Positions 33,047-43,713 of a DNA stretch of 64,000 bases are shown one piece after another. A program made the position numbers and the translations under genes. This DNA is from an uncultured Verrucomicrobiae bacterium (lineage in GTDB: Bacteria; Verrucomicrobiota; Verrucomicrobiia; Chthoniobacterales; JAFAMB01). The stretch's first letter is position 1; each line of letters begins with the position of its first letter. The notes beneath the pieces were generated by a model. The model made no database searches. It saw nothing but the letters and a program-made list of their open reading frames with translations, and was not told the DNA's origin. The DNA is taken from assembly GCA_963762565.1 (NCBI GenBank), contig CAVXLD010000008.1:36662-100661 (forward strand). Reading direction: 5' to 3'.

Positions 33047-33859
33047 TTGGTGATTGTGGAGCGCGCCTTGCTTGCAAGGCCGATGCGTGTTGGGTGGTGA
33101 TGGCGATTGGTTGCGATTTAGGAGGTCAGAGGGCAGGCGAGGGGTTTTCACGAATCACTCCCTGAACTCTTACCACCGCCCATCAAAGTCCAAAATCAAT
33201 CTGTTCTACAACAATAATGAGGATTCTGTATCTGTTCTGGTCAGGTGATTTGGGCGAGAGTCGGCTGGGTAACGCCTTGGGATAGACGCGACGCTCGGGG
33301 AAAGGCGGTTATTCGCGATTGACGAACCCGAAAGGGGGAGGCACCTCAAATGCAATCAGATTGCCAAGTAACAAAGGCTCGTTTTCAATTCTTGTTTTTC
33401 TTCAGGCAACGCCGCCGGAAGATCTTTCATGGGCGGGATCCTAGGGCAGAACGACGATGCGACGAGGACGACGATTCAGTCTGTCCCAGCGCGTCCGGTG
33501 GAGAGTCGATTGAGTGCCAAACCGAAAACAAACGTTCGCGGCTCGGTTGGGGGATAACCCATGTTTAGGTTATCGTAATGGAACTGAATCTCGCAGAATT
33601 CACTGAGCAGGTTGGTATTATTCTCTTTGTCGAGAAATTCTGCGAATGCTGGAAGCGGAGTCGAGTGAGATTCGAAAAGCGGCGCGAGGATCATTTGTAA
33701 TTCGCTTTAACGTCAGGGCGAGCAGCAGCGCGGAATGCAACGCCCGCCTGGCTACCTGTAGCGCCGTAGGCTTGGCGAAGGCGGAAGCGAGGCAGCGCTC
33801 CACGGCTGCTCGCCTTCCACCAATCACCAGTCACTAATCACCAATCACTTATCACAGCC

Positions 33860-34678
33860 CTACTTCACTGCTCCAAACGTCAATCCGCGCACCAACTGCT
33901 TTTGCGTGAACCAGCCCATTACCATGATCGGACCAACGGCTAGCAGAGAAGCGGCCGAAAGCTGTGCCAAGAATTGACCTTGCGAACCCGTTTGGCTCGC
34001 GATAAATGCGGTGAGCGGTGCGGCGTCGTGCGCGGTCAAATTGAGACTCCAGAAAGCTTCGTTCCAGGCCAAAATAATCAGCAGTAAAGCGGTCGAAGAG
34101 AGACCCGGCATGGTCATGGGCCGAAGTAGATGCCAAAGCTCTTGTCCAGCGGTAGCTCCATCGATACGCCCTGCTTCCAGGATCCCTTTCGGGACCTCGG
34201 AGAAATAGGTATACGCCATCCAGACCGCGATCGGCAGGTTCATCAGTGCATTAACGATGATCAGCCCGATCACGGTGTCGAACAGATGGAGCCATTGCCA
34301 GACAAAATAAATCGGGATCAGCACGCCGACGGCCGGCATCATCTTCGTAGACAGCATCCATAACAGGAGCGACTGCGTTTTCTGGGTCGGATAGAAAGCC
34401 ATCCGATACGCGCTAGGAATCGCTAAAATAAAACAGAGAATGGTTGAGCCAAACGCAACGAAGATCGAGTTGCGCACATTCAAAAAATAGTCGGTCCCCG
34501 TGAAGACTTGCACGAACGCGTCCAAGGTCGGTTGGAATATCAGGCTGGCGGTAGACGCGTCTGCTTCGGACTTGAACGCGGTCACGGCAATCCAGAAGAT
34601 AGGGAAGAAAAAGAGCGCAGCAATGAACCAGCCCAATATGGCGAGTCCAAGTTTAGCCCAGGCCGATGTTTTGTTCAT
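33860..34678 (-). CDS. Polyol/sugar ABC permease (SmoG/MtlG-like)
   Basis: LLWMLSTKMMPAVG, ILEAGRIDGA, WNEAFW, QLVRGLTFGAVK. Confidence 0.93.
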   Translation of the reverse strand: MNKTSAWAKLGLAILGWFIAALFFFPIFWIAVTAFKSEADASTASLIFQPTLDAFVQVFTGTDYFLNVRNSIFVAFGSTILCFILAIPSAYRMAFYPTQKTQSLLLWMLSTKMMPAVGVLIPIYFVWQWLHLFDTVIGLIIVNALMNLPIAVWMAYTYFSEVPKGILEAGRIDGATAGQELWHLLRPMTMPGLSSTALLLIILAWNEAFWSLNLTAHDAAPLTAFIASQTGSQGQFLAQLSAASLLAVGPIMVMGWFTQKQLVRGLTFGAVK

Positions 34679-34694
34679 ATCAATTTACCGGTTA

Positions 34695-35627
34695 CTAAGC
34701 GCCTTGCCGAAGGTTCTTCGCGAGCATGCGAACCAGGAAGAAGGAAACAATGTTAGCCAGGACTACTGCCAGAATCCCGCCGGCTGACGCGATCCCGGCA
34801 TCGAACTGGTTAATACCGAGCGAGTAGACCAGATAGGCCAGCGTAGTGGAAGCGTCGCCGGGGCCACCCTTGGTAGTGGTGAAAATCTCGGCAAAGATTG
34901 ATAGCAGAAAGATCATTTCGATCATCACGACCACCCCAATGGCTTTCTCCAGGTGAGGCAGCACGATGTATCGGAATTGGGTAAATGGTCCGGCGCCATC
35001 GATCGCCGCCGCTTCTTTCTGTTCCACATCGAGCGATTTGATCGCGGTCACCAGGATCAGGAAAGAAAACGGGATCCATTCCCAAGACACAATGAGGATA
35101 ATTGAGGGCAGGGGATAGGTCTGGAGCCAATCAACCGGTTGCAGCCCAATCGTCTGTAAAAACTGGCCAATCACTCCATAGATCGGGTCCATAAGTAGGA
35201 GGTGCCAGATCTGGGCGCTCACTGTTGGCATCACGAAGAAGGGCGCAATCACCAGGAGCATGGCAACGTTCTTACCCGGGAAATCCTGATCGTATAAAAC
35301 CGCCAGCAAAATGCCCACCACCACCGTGATAGCGAGGACTGACACGAGGAAAATGACGGTGTTCAGGATCGCGGTACCGAACCTGGAATCGCTCCACAGA
35401 AACTGATAGTTTTGAATTCCTACGAAGCCGAAGTTACCCGCCGGATTCTCAAGGCTGTAATGGATGAATGAGAAATAGATCGTCAAGGCCAAAGGCACGA
35501 TCATCCAGAGTAGAAGCGGTACGACAGTGGGTGCCATCAACAAGCGCCGCCATTTTTCTGCCGGCTCGATTTGTTTGACGGGAGCTGAAACCTCAGTGAG
35601 AGCGGTTGGGGGGGATTGAACGCTCAT
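34695..35627 (-). CDS. Polyol/sugar ABC permease (SmoF/MtlF-like)
   Basis: LLLWMIVPL..TIYFS, APFFVMPTVSA, EQKEAAAIDGA, ASAGGILAVVLANIV. Confidence 0.93.
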   Translation of the reverse strand: MSVQSPPTALTEVSAPVKQIEPAEKWRRLLMAPTVVPLLLWMIVPLALTIYFSFIHYSLENPAGNFGFVGIQNYQFLWSDSRFGTAILNTVIFLVSVLAITVVVGILLAVLYDQDFPGKNVAMLLVIAPFFVMPTVSAQIWHLLLMDPIYGVIGQFLQTIGLQPVDWLQTYPLPSIILIVSWEWIPFSFLILVTAIKSLDVEQKEAAAIDGAGPFTQFRYIVLPHLEKAIGVVVMIEMIFLLSIFAEIFTTTKGGPGDASTTLAYLVYSLGINQFDAGIASAGGILAVVLANIVSFFLVRMLAKNLRQGA

Positions 35628-35773
35628 AGTAACCTTAAGCAGTATACAGAATGGACGGCTGGTTTGCTGCTAAAATCGTGCAGCACGTCGCATCTTCAGG
35701 CACTTCAAGCCAGGCTAGCGGCACGCCGATAAAGCGCGCCGCTCCATCATAGTTCAAGAGTTACTTGAGAAAC

Positions 35774-37087
35774 TCACTTAATATACCCGGCCTGGATCAT
35801 GGTCCGCTGAGCGGCAGCTTGGCTGTCCTTCAGTGCTTGATCTACCGTCGACTTACCCGAAAGCGCTCCGGCAATAATCTGTCCAACTTGGTCGCCCAAT
35901 CCCTGAAATTCAGGGATACCGACGTACTGAACACCGGTATAAGGGACCTTCTTAATGCAGGGGTTATTCGGGTCCGCGGTCTGCATGGCCTTGAGAGTGG
36001 TCGCTGCAAACGGAGCGGCTTTCTGATAATCAGGATTATCGAAAGTCGATTTGCGGGTACCGGGAGGTACTTGGCCCCACCCTACGTCAGCCGCTACCAA
36101 CGCGATGTACTCTTTTGAGGTCGCCCAGGCGGCAAATTTTTGGGCCGCTTCAGGTTGCTTAGCCGACTTGGGCATTCCGATCGCCCAAGACCAGAGCCAG
36201 TGAGATCCGTTCGGGGTCGCTTCAATCGGCGCCTGAGCGTACCCGATCTTGCCCACCACTTTGGACTGCTTCGGATCCTCTAGCATGCCACCGGCTACAG
36301 TGGCATCGATCCACATCGCTGCTCTACCGGTTTGCATCAAGGTCAGGTTCTGGTTGAATCCATTCGAGGTAGCTCCCGGTGGGCCGTATTTCGTCATCAG
36401 ATCGATGTAGAACCCGATAGCTTTTTTCCACTCAGGGGTATCGACCGTTGGATGCCATTGTTCGTCAAACCAGGTTCCCCCGAAACTGTTCACCAGGGTA
36501 TCGAGGTACGCCATGTTTTCTCCCCATCCCGGTAGGCCGCGCAGGGCGACTCCAAAGATCCCTTTCGATTTATCGGTCAACGCCGCAGCAAACTTAGCGA
36601 AATCTTCGTACGTAGGCTGGTCGGGCATCTTCAGACCTTTGGCCTCAAACAGGTCCTTGCGATACATTAGCATTGAGCTTTCCCCGTAGAAGGGTAGGGC
36701 ATAAAGCTTGCCATCATACGAAAGCCCGTCGCGGATCGACTTGAAGACATCGTCCACGTCGTAGTCGGCGGGTAAATTATCGAACGGAAGCAGGTTGCCT
36801 TGTTTCGCGAAGATCGGAGTGTCGTAAAGACCGATATACACGAGATCGTATAGGCCGCTGTGCTGGGAGACATCCAGGGTCACCTTCTGGCGAAGGACGT
36901 TCTCTTCAACGATAACCCAATTGAGTTTGATATCCGGATTCTTCTCTTCAAACTTGGAGGACAACTTTTTCAGTTCGATCATGGGCGAGTTATTCACCGC
37001 ACAGATCGTTACTGTCTTTTGCTGTGCGTACGCACTGATGGCGGAGAGGCAGACCGCGACTACTAGGGGGAGAGCAAGACGCTTCAT
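35774..37087 (-). CDS. Polyol/sugar ABC substrate-binding protein (SmoE/MtlE-like)
   Basis: EENVLRQKVT, PFYGESSMLMYRKD, GWGENMA, PPGTRKS, PYTGVQYVGIPEFQ. Confidence 0.93.
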   Translation of the reverse strand: MKRLALPLVVAVCLSAISAYAQQKTVTICAVNNSPMIELKKLSSKFEEKNPDIKLNWVIVEENVLRQKVTLDVSQHSGLYDLVYIGLYDTPIFAKQGNLLPFDNLPADYDVDDVFKSIRDGLSYDGKLYALPFYGESSMLMYRKDLFEAKGLKMPDQPTYEDFAKFAAALTDKSKGIFGVALRGLPGWGENMAYLDTLVNSFGGTWFDEQWHPTVDTPEWKKAIGFYIDLMTKYGPPGATSNGFNQNLTLMQTGRAAMWIDATVAGGMLEDPKQSKVVGKIGYAQAPIEATPNGSHWLWSWAIGMPKSAKQPEAAQKFAAWATSKEYIALVAADVGWGQVPPGTRKSTFDNPDYQKAAPFAATTLKAMQTADPNNPCIKKVPYTGVQYVGIPEFQGLGDQVGQIIAGALSGKSTVDQALKDSQAAAQRTMIQAGYIK

Positions 37088-37293
37088 TTGGAATGTGGCT
37101 TGAGATTTGGTACCGATTGAACGTATGATCTATCTGCGATCAGATGTCAATCAATTGCATAGCAATCGAGCATAAGATTGAACCGCTGTTTCAGGCGATT
37201 CTCAGTGACTTTCGACTCGCTCACCCAAGGTTCCAGGGTATTGAATCTGGTAATGTCGATCGTTGGTTCCCCTGGCTCCGATCACTGCAGCGA

Positions 37294-38787
37294 ATGAAGA
37301 AAGATCTGCTGCTCGCCTTTGACGTCGGTACCAGTAGCGTCCGGGCTGCTTTGGTCTCCGAAACTGGCAAAATCATTGCGTTCGCTGCCAAAGAACTCGA
37401 CCAGGTGATTCCGCAGTTCGGCTGGTCTCAACAGAGCCCGCGGGCTTGGTGGGAAGGATTAGTTGTCAGTGTTCGCCGGGTCCTGGAAAAAATCGCCAAC
37501 GGCGCCGATCGCGTAGCGGCCATTGCTGGCTGCGGGCAGATGCATGGTGTGGTGTTGATCGATGACGCCGGCGAGCTCGTTCTGGAAGAGGCGCCGATAT
37601 GGAACGATAAACGGACCCGCGACCTGGTTGCTCGATTCTGTGCCGAGCAGGATACCAAAGCTCTGCTCCCGATCGTCGCAAATCCGCCTACCGTGGCTTG
37701 GCCGGCGTTCAAGTTAGCCTGGATTAAGCAGAATTTGCCCAAGACCTATGATGCAGCTCGCACGGTTTTGATGCCGAAGGACTATATCAATTTTAAGCTC
37801 AGCGGTGAGTGCCGATTCGATGTGACTGAAGCGGCTTCTAGCTATCTCTTTGATATCCGCACCGGGACCTGGAGCGAGGAAGTCTTGAAGATGCTCGGAT
37901 TGGACCCGGCCAAATTGCCTTTGATCGGCCAAGCAACTGAGGTCCTTGGGGTGGTCACAAAAGAGGCGGCTGAGAGCACCGGGTTGCGCGCCGGCACTCC
38001 GGTTGTGGTTGGGGCAGGTGATTTTCCAGTCGCGTTGTTCGGTTCAGGAGTAACCTCTCCGGGGACGGGATGCGACATCACGGGGACTTCTACCGTGATC
38101 ACGATACTGTCGGAACATCCGGCAGCGGATCCAATCATATCGAACGTACGAGCCATCATCGGTGGCTGGGCTGCCTTTACTATACTTGATGCCAGCGGAG
38201 ACGCACTGCGCTGGGCGCACCGCACTTTCCACCAGCAAGAGCCTTACAGCTATGAGCAAATGATGTCTCTGGCAGAAAGTGTGCCGGCCGGAGCCGATAA
38301 TTTGCTTTTCTTACCCTACCTGAATGGGGAGCGCCTGGCCGATCAACCGAACTCAAGAGCGCAGTTCTTCGGGCTGACTAGCCGGCACTCGGCCGCGCAT
38401 CTGTACCGGGCCGCGATGGAGGGTGTCGCGTTTGCGTCCCGGAAGAATATCGAATTGATGAAGTCGAGGGGTTACCGCCTCGACCGGATGGTAACCGCGG
38501 CTGGCGGCGCCAGGACCCGTTTATGGCTGGAAATCAAGGCGAGTATTTATAACACAACGATTTTGGTGCCGAGTGAACCGGAGTGCGGGGTGCTCGGTTG
38601 CGCAATCCTCGCAGGGTTCGCCGTAGGATTCTTTTCCAGCCTCGAATCAGCTCGCGCTGATCTCGTTCGCTACGAGCGTGAGATCCTTCCGAACCCGCGC
38701 TGGTCCGAGCGCTATCAAAAGCTGCAGTTGGTGTTCGATGACCTTTACCAGAGCAGCGAGAAATTCTGGGACCGGTTGGAAAGCTAG
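37294..38787 (+). CDS. FGGY carbohydrate kinase (xylulokinase-like)
   Basis: FDVGTSSVR, GQMHG, IWND.RT, FLPYLNGER; ATG at 37294. Confidence 0.92.
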   Translation: MKKDLLLAFDVGTSSVRAALVSETGKIIAFAAKELDQVIPQFGWSQQSPRAWWEGLVVSVRRVLEKIANGADRVAAIAGCGQMHGVVLIDDAGELVLEEAPIWNDKRTRDLVARFCAEQDTKALLPIVANPPTVAWPAFKLAWIKQNLPKTYDAARTVLMPKDYINFKLSGECRFDVTEAASSYLFDIRTGTWSEEVLKMLGLDPAKLPLIGQATEVLGVVTKEAAESTGLRAGTPVVVGAGDFPVALFGSGVTSPGTGCDITGTSTVITILSEHPAADPIISNVRAIIGGWAAFTILDASGDALRWAHRTFHQQEPYSYEQMMSLAESVPAGADNLLFLPYLNGERLADQPNSRAQFFGLTSRHSAAHLYRAAMEGVAFASRKNIELMKSRGYRLDRMVTAAGGARTRLWLEIKASIYNTTILVPSEPECGVLGCAILAGFAVGFFSSLESARADLVRYEREILPNPRWSERYQKLQLVFDDLYQSSEKFWDRLES

Positions 38788-38803
38788 ACGGCTTTTATTG
38801 CAG

Positions 38804-39766
38804 ATGGATCCATCTTCACCAAGACAAGAGGAAAAATTGGAAGCAGCCGTGCGCGCGGCATGGCTTTATTACGTTGCGGGTAACACCCAGCACGAGATCG
38901 CCCAAAAATTGAAGATCTCACGCCCAACCGCTCAGCGACTAGTGGCCTTGGCTGTCGAACGTGGACTGGTCAAAGTCCGGGTCTATCATAAGGTGGCGAG
39001 CTGCCTGGAACTGGCTATCGCCCTGCGCCAGCGCTACAATCTGTTAATCTGCAATGTTGTGCCGGTGAATGTGGATAGTGGCGATCAGGTTCTACGCAAA
39101 ATCGCGGTTGCTGGTGCTCAGGTCATGGAATCTTATCTGAGTGAGGTCGATCCTAAAATTATCGCGCTTGGTTCCGGGCAGACCATCAAAGCAGTCATCG
39201 GCGAACTAAACAATTTTGAACGGCCACATCATCGAGTCCTATCGCTGGTCGGGTCGATCGCGCGCGATGGCGCTAGCAATCCGTATGATGTGGCTCTTCA
39301 AGCCGCAGAAAAAATCGGAAGCAAATGTTTCCTTCTGCCGGCTCCACTAGTGGCGGATTCACCGGAAGAACGGAAACAATGGTGTCGTCACAGGATCTAC
39401 AAGGTGGTGGAAGAGCTTTCCGGCGAAGCGGATGTAGCCTTTGTGGGAATCGGAGATATTCGACAGGGTTGTCCGCTTCACCGGGACGGTTTCATTACCA
39501 ATGATGAAGTCGATGAACTCGTGAAGGCGGGTGCGGCCGGTGATCATCTTGGCTGGACCTATGACGAAAGAGGGGAACCTGTGCGCGTCTCCGTACAAGA
39601 ACGGGTTACCAGCATCCAGTTACCCCGTCCGCCGAGAAAACCCGTCATTGCCTTTGCGGGCGGCGAACAGAAATCAAAGGCAGTCCTGGGCGCCTTACGC
39701 GGCTGCTGGATCAATGGCCTTGTGACCGACGAAACCTGCGCCCGGGCTGTCCTTGCGGCCGAGTGA
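38804..39766 (+). CDS. SorC/DeoR-family sugar-binding transcriptional regulator (SmoC-like)
   Basis: RAAWLYYVAGNTQ.EIA..L.ISRP.AQRL HTH; INGLVTDE. Confidence 0.93.
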   Translation: MDPSSPRQEEKLEAAVRAAWLYYVAGNTQHEIAQKLKISRPTAQRLVALAVERGLVKVRVYHKVASCLELAIALRQRYNLLICNVVPVNVDSGDQVLRKIAVAGAQVMESYLSEVDPKIIALGSGQTIKAVIGELNNFERPHHRVLSLVGSIARDGASNPYDVALQAAEKIGSKCFLLPAPLVADSPEERKQWCRHRIYKVVEELSGEADVAFVGIGDIRQGCPLHRDGFITNDEVDELVKAGAAGDHLGWTYDERGEPVRVSVQERVTSIQLPRPPRKPVIAFAGGEQKSKAVLGALRGCWINGLVTDETCARAVLAAE

Positions 39767-39775
39767 ATCGTAGAC

Positions 39776-40001
39776 GTGATTGGTGATTCGTGATCGGTGA
39801 TTGGTGGGGCGCCAGCCGTGGAGCGTTGCCTCGCTTGCGAGGCCGATGGTGACCAAGGGACATCGTGATGCGTACCCCACTTCTGTCCGCGCTCTATGTC
39901 GCTACGTTTACTCTTAACGCCCAAGAGCGCTCCGAGACGATAGGCCTGATGCGCCGTTAGCCCTGCTTACCGTCGGCCTCGCAAGCGAGGCAGCGCTCCA
40001 C
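39776..40001. repeat. GTGGAGCG-family REPIN preceded by GTGATTG heptamers
   Basis: gtggagcgttgcctcgcttgcgaggccga ... tcggcctcgcaagcgaggcagcgctccac. Confidence 0.88.
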
Positions 40002-40020
40002 GGGTTCCGCAAGCCGATGC

Positions 40021-40974
40021 TTACTTGCCCGCGAGCCGCTCACTACTCTGGTGCCCCAGAATAGCAAATGTGTTGTTGTCACCGTACATGGCCCACGGCC
40101 CGCGAGGTACTTCGCGAAACTCGACGAACTTCCAGTCACACGGATCTTTGATCCCAAGGCCCAGGTAATCACGAACCGCAGGCGACACATCTAAGCCAGC
40201 GCCCTGATTTAAATTCGGTCGTGGGCGTTCGTCGCCAAAAACGTAACGCCAGTCATCGGTACGGAATGGTCCACAATCTTCCCACTGGGCGTAACAAACT
40301 TTGTCTCCGTGGCGGACCGCAATCCATCTGTCTTTGAGAACGGTTCGTCCATCGCGAACAAACGCCTGCTTGAACCAGGGAATCACTCGGCTTGCTTCGT
40401 ATTTGGTATGACCGCCCTCGACATCATTGTAAGGCAAAGCAAAGTAAAACGGATTCTGGCGAGGAACGAACTTGATCGGAATAAAATTTCTGCGCGAAGC
40501 AGTGTCGGGAGTATCGTAGCCTCCGTAGTCGTAAGACCAATACCTGTCCCAGGAGCTGCGCAGATTAGGGACGGGGTTATGGCCCCCAGGGCGCTCGCCG
40601 ACCCAAAAGATCGTCGTAATAATGCCGCGCTTCCACAGATACCGTCCTGGTCCTGCACCCAAAGCGGGGTTTCGGTCGGTCCATGAGGCAGTCGCATAGC
40701 GAGGAGGAGCTTCACTGCTCCAGCGCGAATGATGCACTGGGTGGCGCCGGACATACCGCTTGACCTTGTGGGTGGTCGACCGAGGATGCTTACGCTGGTA
40801 GTAGTTGACCCATAATTCGGGGTGGCGATTGAGGCCAGTACTACTCGCGTCGTGAGACTTCGCACAAGCGTTTCCGCTGTAACCCGCAAAAACGCACACC
40901 GAAAGAACCAGAGAAGCTGGGAACTCCCAGGATCGAAGGAAAAGAAACAAAAGAGAGCGCCAAAGCATTATCAT
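40021..40974 (-). CDS. Secreted hypothetical protein with RlpA/barwin-like double-psi beta-barrel motifs
   Basis: Signal-like N-terminus; YAQWEDCGP and GLDVSPAV resemble DPBB D.GP / DLS.AA motifs. Confidence 0.65.
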   Translation of the reverse strand: MIMLWRSLLFLFLRSWEFPASLVLSVCVFAGYSGNACAKSHDASSTGLNRHPELWVNYYQRKHPRSTTHKVKRYVRRHPVHHSRWSSEAPPRYATASWTDRNPALGAGPGRYLWKRGIITTIFWVGERPGGHNPVPNLRSSWDRYWSYDYGGYDTPDTASRRNFIPIKFVPRQNPFYFALPYNDVEGGHTKYEASRVIPWFKQAFVRDGRTVLKDRWIAVRHGDKVCYAQWEDCGPFRTDDWRYVFGDERPRPNLNQGAGLDVSPAVRDYLGLGIKDPCDWKFVEFREVPRGPWAMYGDNNTFAILGHQSSERLAGK

Positions 40975-41194
40975 GGCTTTCGAGATCTATACCGAATCTG
41001 GACCCCGCTTGTCGCGCTTTTAGTGCGAAACACCCAACATCAAGCGCTGCGGATCGTTGGCTCGCTTAAAAAAGCCGGCGCTCGAAGGTTCGATTTGAGC
41101 GGTTACATCCAGTATTGGCCCTCATTTCGTGAAAGGGTCATTCCGTGTTTTCGGTTGAAACGAAACAAATCGCTGTCATTCCTAGCAGGCCGCT

Positions 41195-41545
41195 TTGAAA
41201 CCACTCAACCTTTCTCAAATCGTCGAAAACCAGGACGAAATCGCCTGGAAGTCATATAAAGAGGGGGTCGAGATCTATCGGCTGTACGGCGATGGGCTTA
41301 GCGGACCGACCACTGCCCTTATTCGGTATCGTGCAGGGGCAAAGGTGCCGCTGCATGAACATGTCGGGTACGAACACATCCTCGTTCTTGCCGGGTCACA
41401 GCGAGATCACAGTGGGGTATTCAAGGCAGGATCTTTCGTGATCAATTCGCCTGGCACCCGTCACGCTGTAGTTAGCGACGATGGGTGCATCGTACTAGCA
41501 ATCTACGAAAAACCGGTGCGCTTCTTAGACATTGGTAGATCGTAA
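41195..41545 (+). CDS. ChrR-like cupin protein
   Basis: VPLHEHVGYEHILVLAGS..PGTRHAV..GC. Confidence 0.88.
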   Translation: MKPLNLSQIVENQDEIAWKSYKEGVEIYRLYGDGLSGPTTALIRYRAGAKVPLHEHVGYEHILVLAGSQRDHSGVFKAGSFVINSPGTRHAVVSDDGCIVLAIYEKPVRFLDIGRS

Positions 41546-41709
41546 TCGTCCTCGTTCTCGTCGTCGTCCTCGTCCTCGACCTCGAGAGCGCGATTTGTCC
41601 GAGAGTCTACGAATTCCTTTGGCTCTGTTTTTCCGGATTCATCACGGTCGGTGATCGCACGCTACAAACCCTTTCGAGGACGAGGACGACGACGAGAACG
41701 AGAACGATT
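41544..41709. repeat. (CTCGTC)n/(GACGAG)n element
   Basis: aatcgtcctcgttctcgtcgtcgtcctcgtcctcga ... tcgaggacgaggacgacgacgagaacgagaacgatt; overlaps the cupin stop. Confidence 0.9.
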
Positions 41710-41745
41710 GAGAGGGGCTCCGATGACGCGGGTGCTTCAGACCCT

Positions 41746-43044
41746 TCAATGAAACTGTTCCCGCTCCGTTGATCCTGCTAACGCGGTTGTGGACGAACTT
41801 CCCTGGGTAATTACCTGCGCCACATCATCGAAATACCCGGCGCCCACTTCTCTTTGATGCTTAGTCGCCGTATAACCCAATTTCTCGACGGCGAACTCAG
41901 CCGTTTGCAAATCCGCATAAGCTAACATCCCGCGCTCTTTATAATCGCGCGAAAGATGGAACATGCTGAAGTTTAGCGTGTGGAAGCCGGCCAAGGTAAT
42001 AAATTGAAAATGATAACCCAGCTTAGCCAGTTCCTGCTGGAAAGAAGCGATGGCGGTTTCATCCAGTTTCTTCCGCCAATTGAAAGAAGGGGAACAGTTA
42101 TATGCCAGCAATTTACCTGGGTACTTCTCGTGAATCGCTGCGGCAAATTGTCTAGCCTCGGCCAAGCTTGGCTCACTCGTTTCGCACCAGAGAATATCGG
42201 CGAAAGGTGCGTACGCTAATGCCCGTGAAATGGCTTGATCAATCCCAGGACGAACCCGGAAGAAACCTTCACTACTCCGTTCCCCGGTTAGAAAGGGGTG
42301 ATCCCGCGGATCGATATCATTAGTTAAAAGAGCGGCGGCGTTGGCGTCGGTTCTGGCGATTAGAATAGTGGGAACTTCACAGAGATCGGCCGCTAATCGG
42401 GCTGCTACCAGGTTGTTAATCGCTTGTTGCACCGGGATAAGAACTTTTCCGCCGAGATGCCCGCACTTCTTTTCCGAGGCTAACTGGTCCTCCAAGTGAA
42501 TCCCGGCCGCGCCGGCTTCAATCATGGCTTTAACGAGTTCGAAAACATTCAAGCATCCGCCAAAACCGGCCTCGGCGTCGGCCACAATCGGCGCCATCCA
42601 GTGGGTACCCTTTCGGCCCTCATGATGATCGATCTGATCGGCTCTTCGTAACGCGTTGTTAATTCGTCGAATCACGGCTGGGACACTATTAGCCGCATAC
42701 AAGCTTTGATCGGGATACATCTGTTCGGAGAGGTTAGCATCAGCCGCAACCTGCCAACCGCTCAAGTAGATGGCCTTAAGTCCTGCCCGCACTTGTTGTA
42801 CTGCTTGATTGCCGGAGAGCGCTCCCAGCGCCGCGACCGGTGATTCCGTTTTGAGTAAGTGCCAGAGCCGTTCTGCACCTTGTCTGGCAATCGTGTATTC
42901 GACAGGGAAAGAACCGCGCAGACGTTCGACATCCGTCTGTGCATACGGTCTAACTATGCCCTGCCATCGCTGAGGATCAGTGGATAGCCCAAGAGTCGCG
43001 TTAGCTTTCGAATCGTCGCCTTGTGCCGGTTCTGTGGGGGACAT
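41746..43044 (-). CDS. aceA: Isocitrate lyase
   Basis: KKCGHLGGK active-site motif, [33 protein letters not shown]. Confidence 0.98.
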   Translation of the reverse strand: MSPTEPAQGDDSKANATLGLSTDPQRWQGIVRPYAQTDVERLRGSFPVEYTIARQGAERLWHLLKTESPVAALGALSGNQAVQQVRAGLKAIYLSGWQVAADANLSEQMYPDQSLYAANSVPAVIRRINNALRRADQIDHHEGRKGTHWMAPIVADAEAGFGGCLNVFELVKAMIEAGAAGIHLEDQLASEKKCGHLGGKVLIPVQQAINNLVAARLAADLCEVPTILIARTDANAAALLTNDIDPRDHPFLTGERSSEGFFRVRPGIDQAISRALAYAPFADILWCETSEPSLAEARQFAAAIHEKYPGKLLAYNCSPSFNWRKKLDETAIASFQQELAKLGYHFQFITLAGFHTLNFSMFHLSRDYKERGMLAYADLQTAEFAVEKLGYTATKHQREVGAGYFDDVAQVITQGSSSTTALAGSTEREQFH

Positions 43045-43335
43045 TGTATTTACTCCTCTCTTTCTTGGAGAATCTCCGTGTCTTCGAAACGGAAATCCAA
43101 TAATTCGTTGCCAGAACCGATATGGATTCCCGGGTAAGGGCTCTGGTTTTTGGGAAGATCGGTTGGACGCTGGTCGTTAGTCCGGGGAGGGAGGTGTAGA
43201 AACGAACTGATATCACGCAGGTATCGGTCGTCCTCACCGGTTCGAACAAAAAGGCCGGAAGCGATTATCAGATAATGTCTGCCGTCGGGGTTCGGGTTCA
43301 TAGGTCATGGTCGTATTGTTGGAGTTAGGGTATTG

Positions 43336-43550
43336 ATTCTGGGCCGACCGGTTGATGGACTGAACTAGTCCGAGCTCGCTAGAGAGAGCCTGTTCCGGTA
43401 CAGAATAGTCAACGAGGGCGGCCCGCCGTTAGGCTACTCGTACCTTCGAGTAGGCTACTACTGCGGCCGCCTTAGCGATTCGTTGACTGGACCGGCTAAG
43501 GAGCATGAACGCGGCCACAGTAGTACCAGTCCCCACTATCGGTCAAGAAT
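43336..43550. ncRNA. Candidate structured RNA: ~215-nt rod with central internal loop (6S-like architecture or aceA leader)
   Basis: Nested complementary segments gaccg/cggtc, ggactg/cagtcc, ccggt/accgg, agtcaacga/tcgttgact, ggcggcc/ggccgcc, ctactcg/cgagtag; unique in the window. Confidence 0.4.
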
Positions 43551-43713
43551 GAAAATCTCACGCCAAGCCGCAAAGACGCAAAGGTAAGACAAAAAAGGAG
43601 TAGCCGCGAAAGAACGCAAGGAACCAAAAAAAAAGACAAAAGAGGGACTCGCGGTTTATTCTTGAACTCCTTGAACTCCTTGAACTACTGCAACTCCCGA
43701 ACTCCTTTCCCCC

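Noticed and set aside
33320..33360. c-di-GMP-I riboswitch (cccgaaaggg)
   Set aside because: Only a GAAA-tetraloop hairpin; the GCAAA and GACGCAAAG context and second stem are absent.
43050..43301. Malate synthase remnant upstream of aceA
   Set aside because: No recognisable aceB/glcB motifs; left as an uncertain small ORF.
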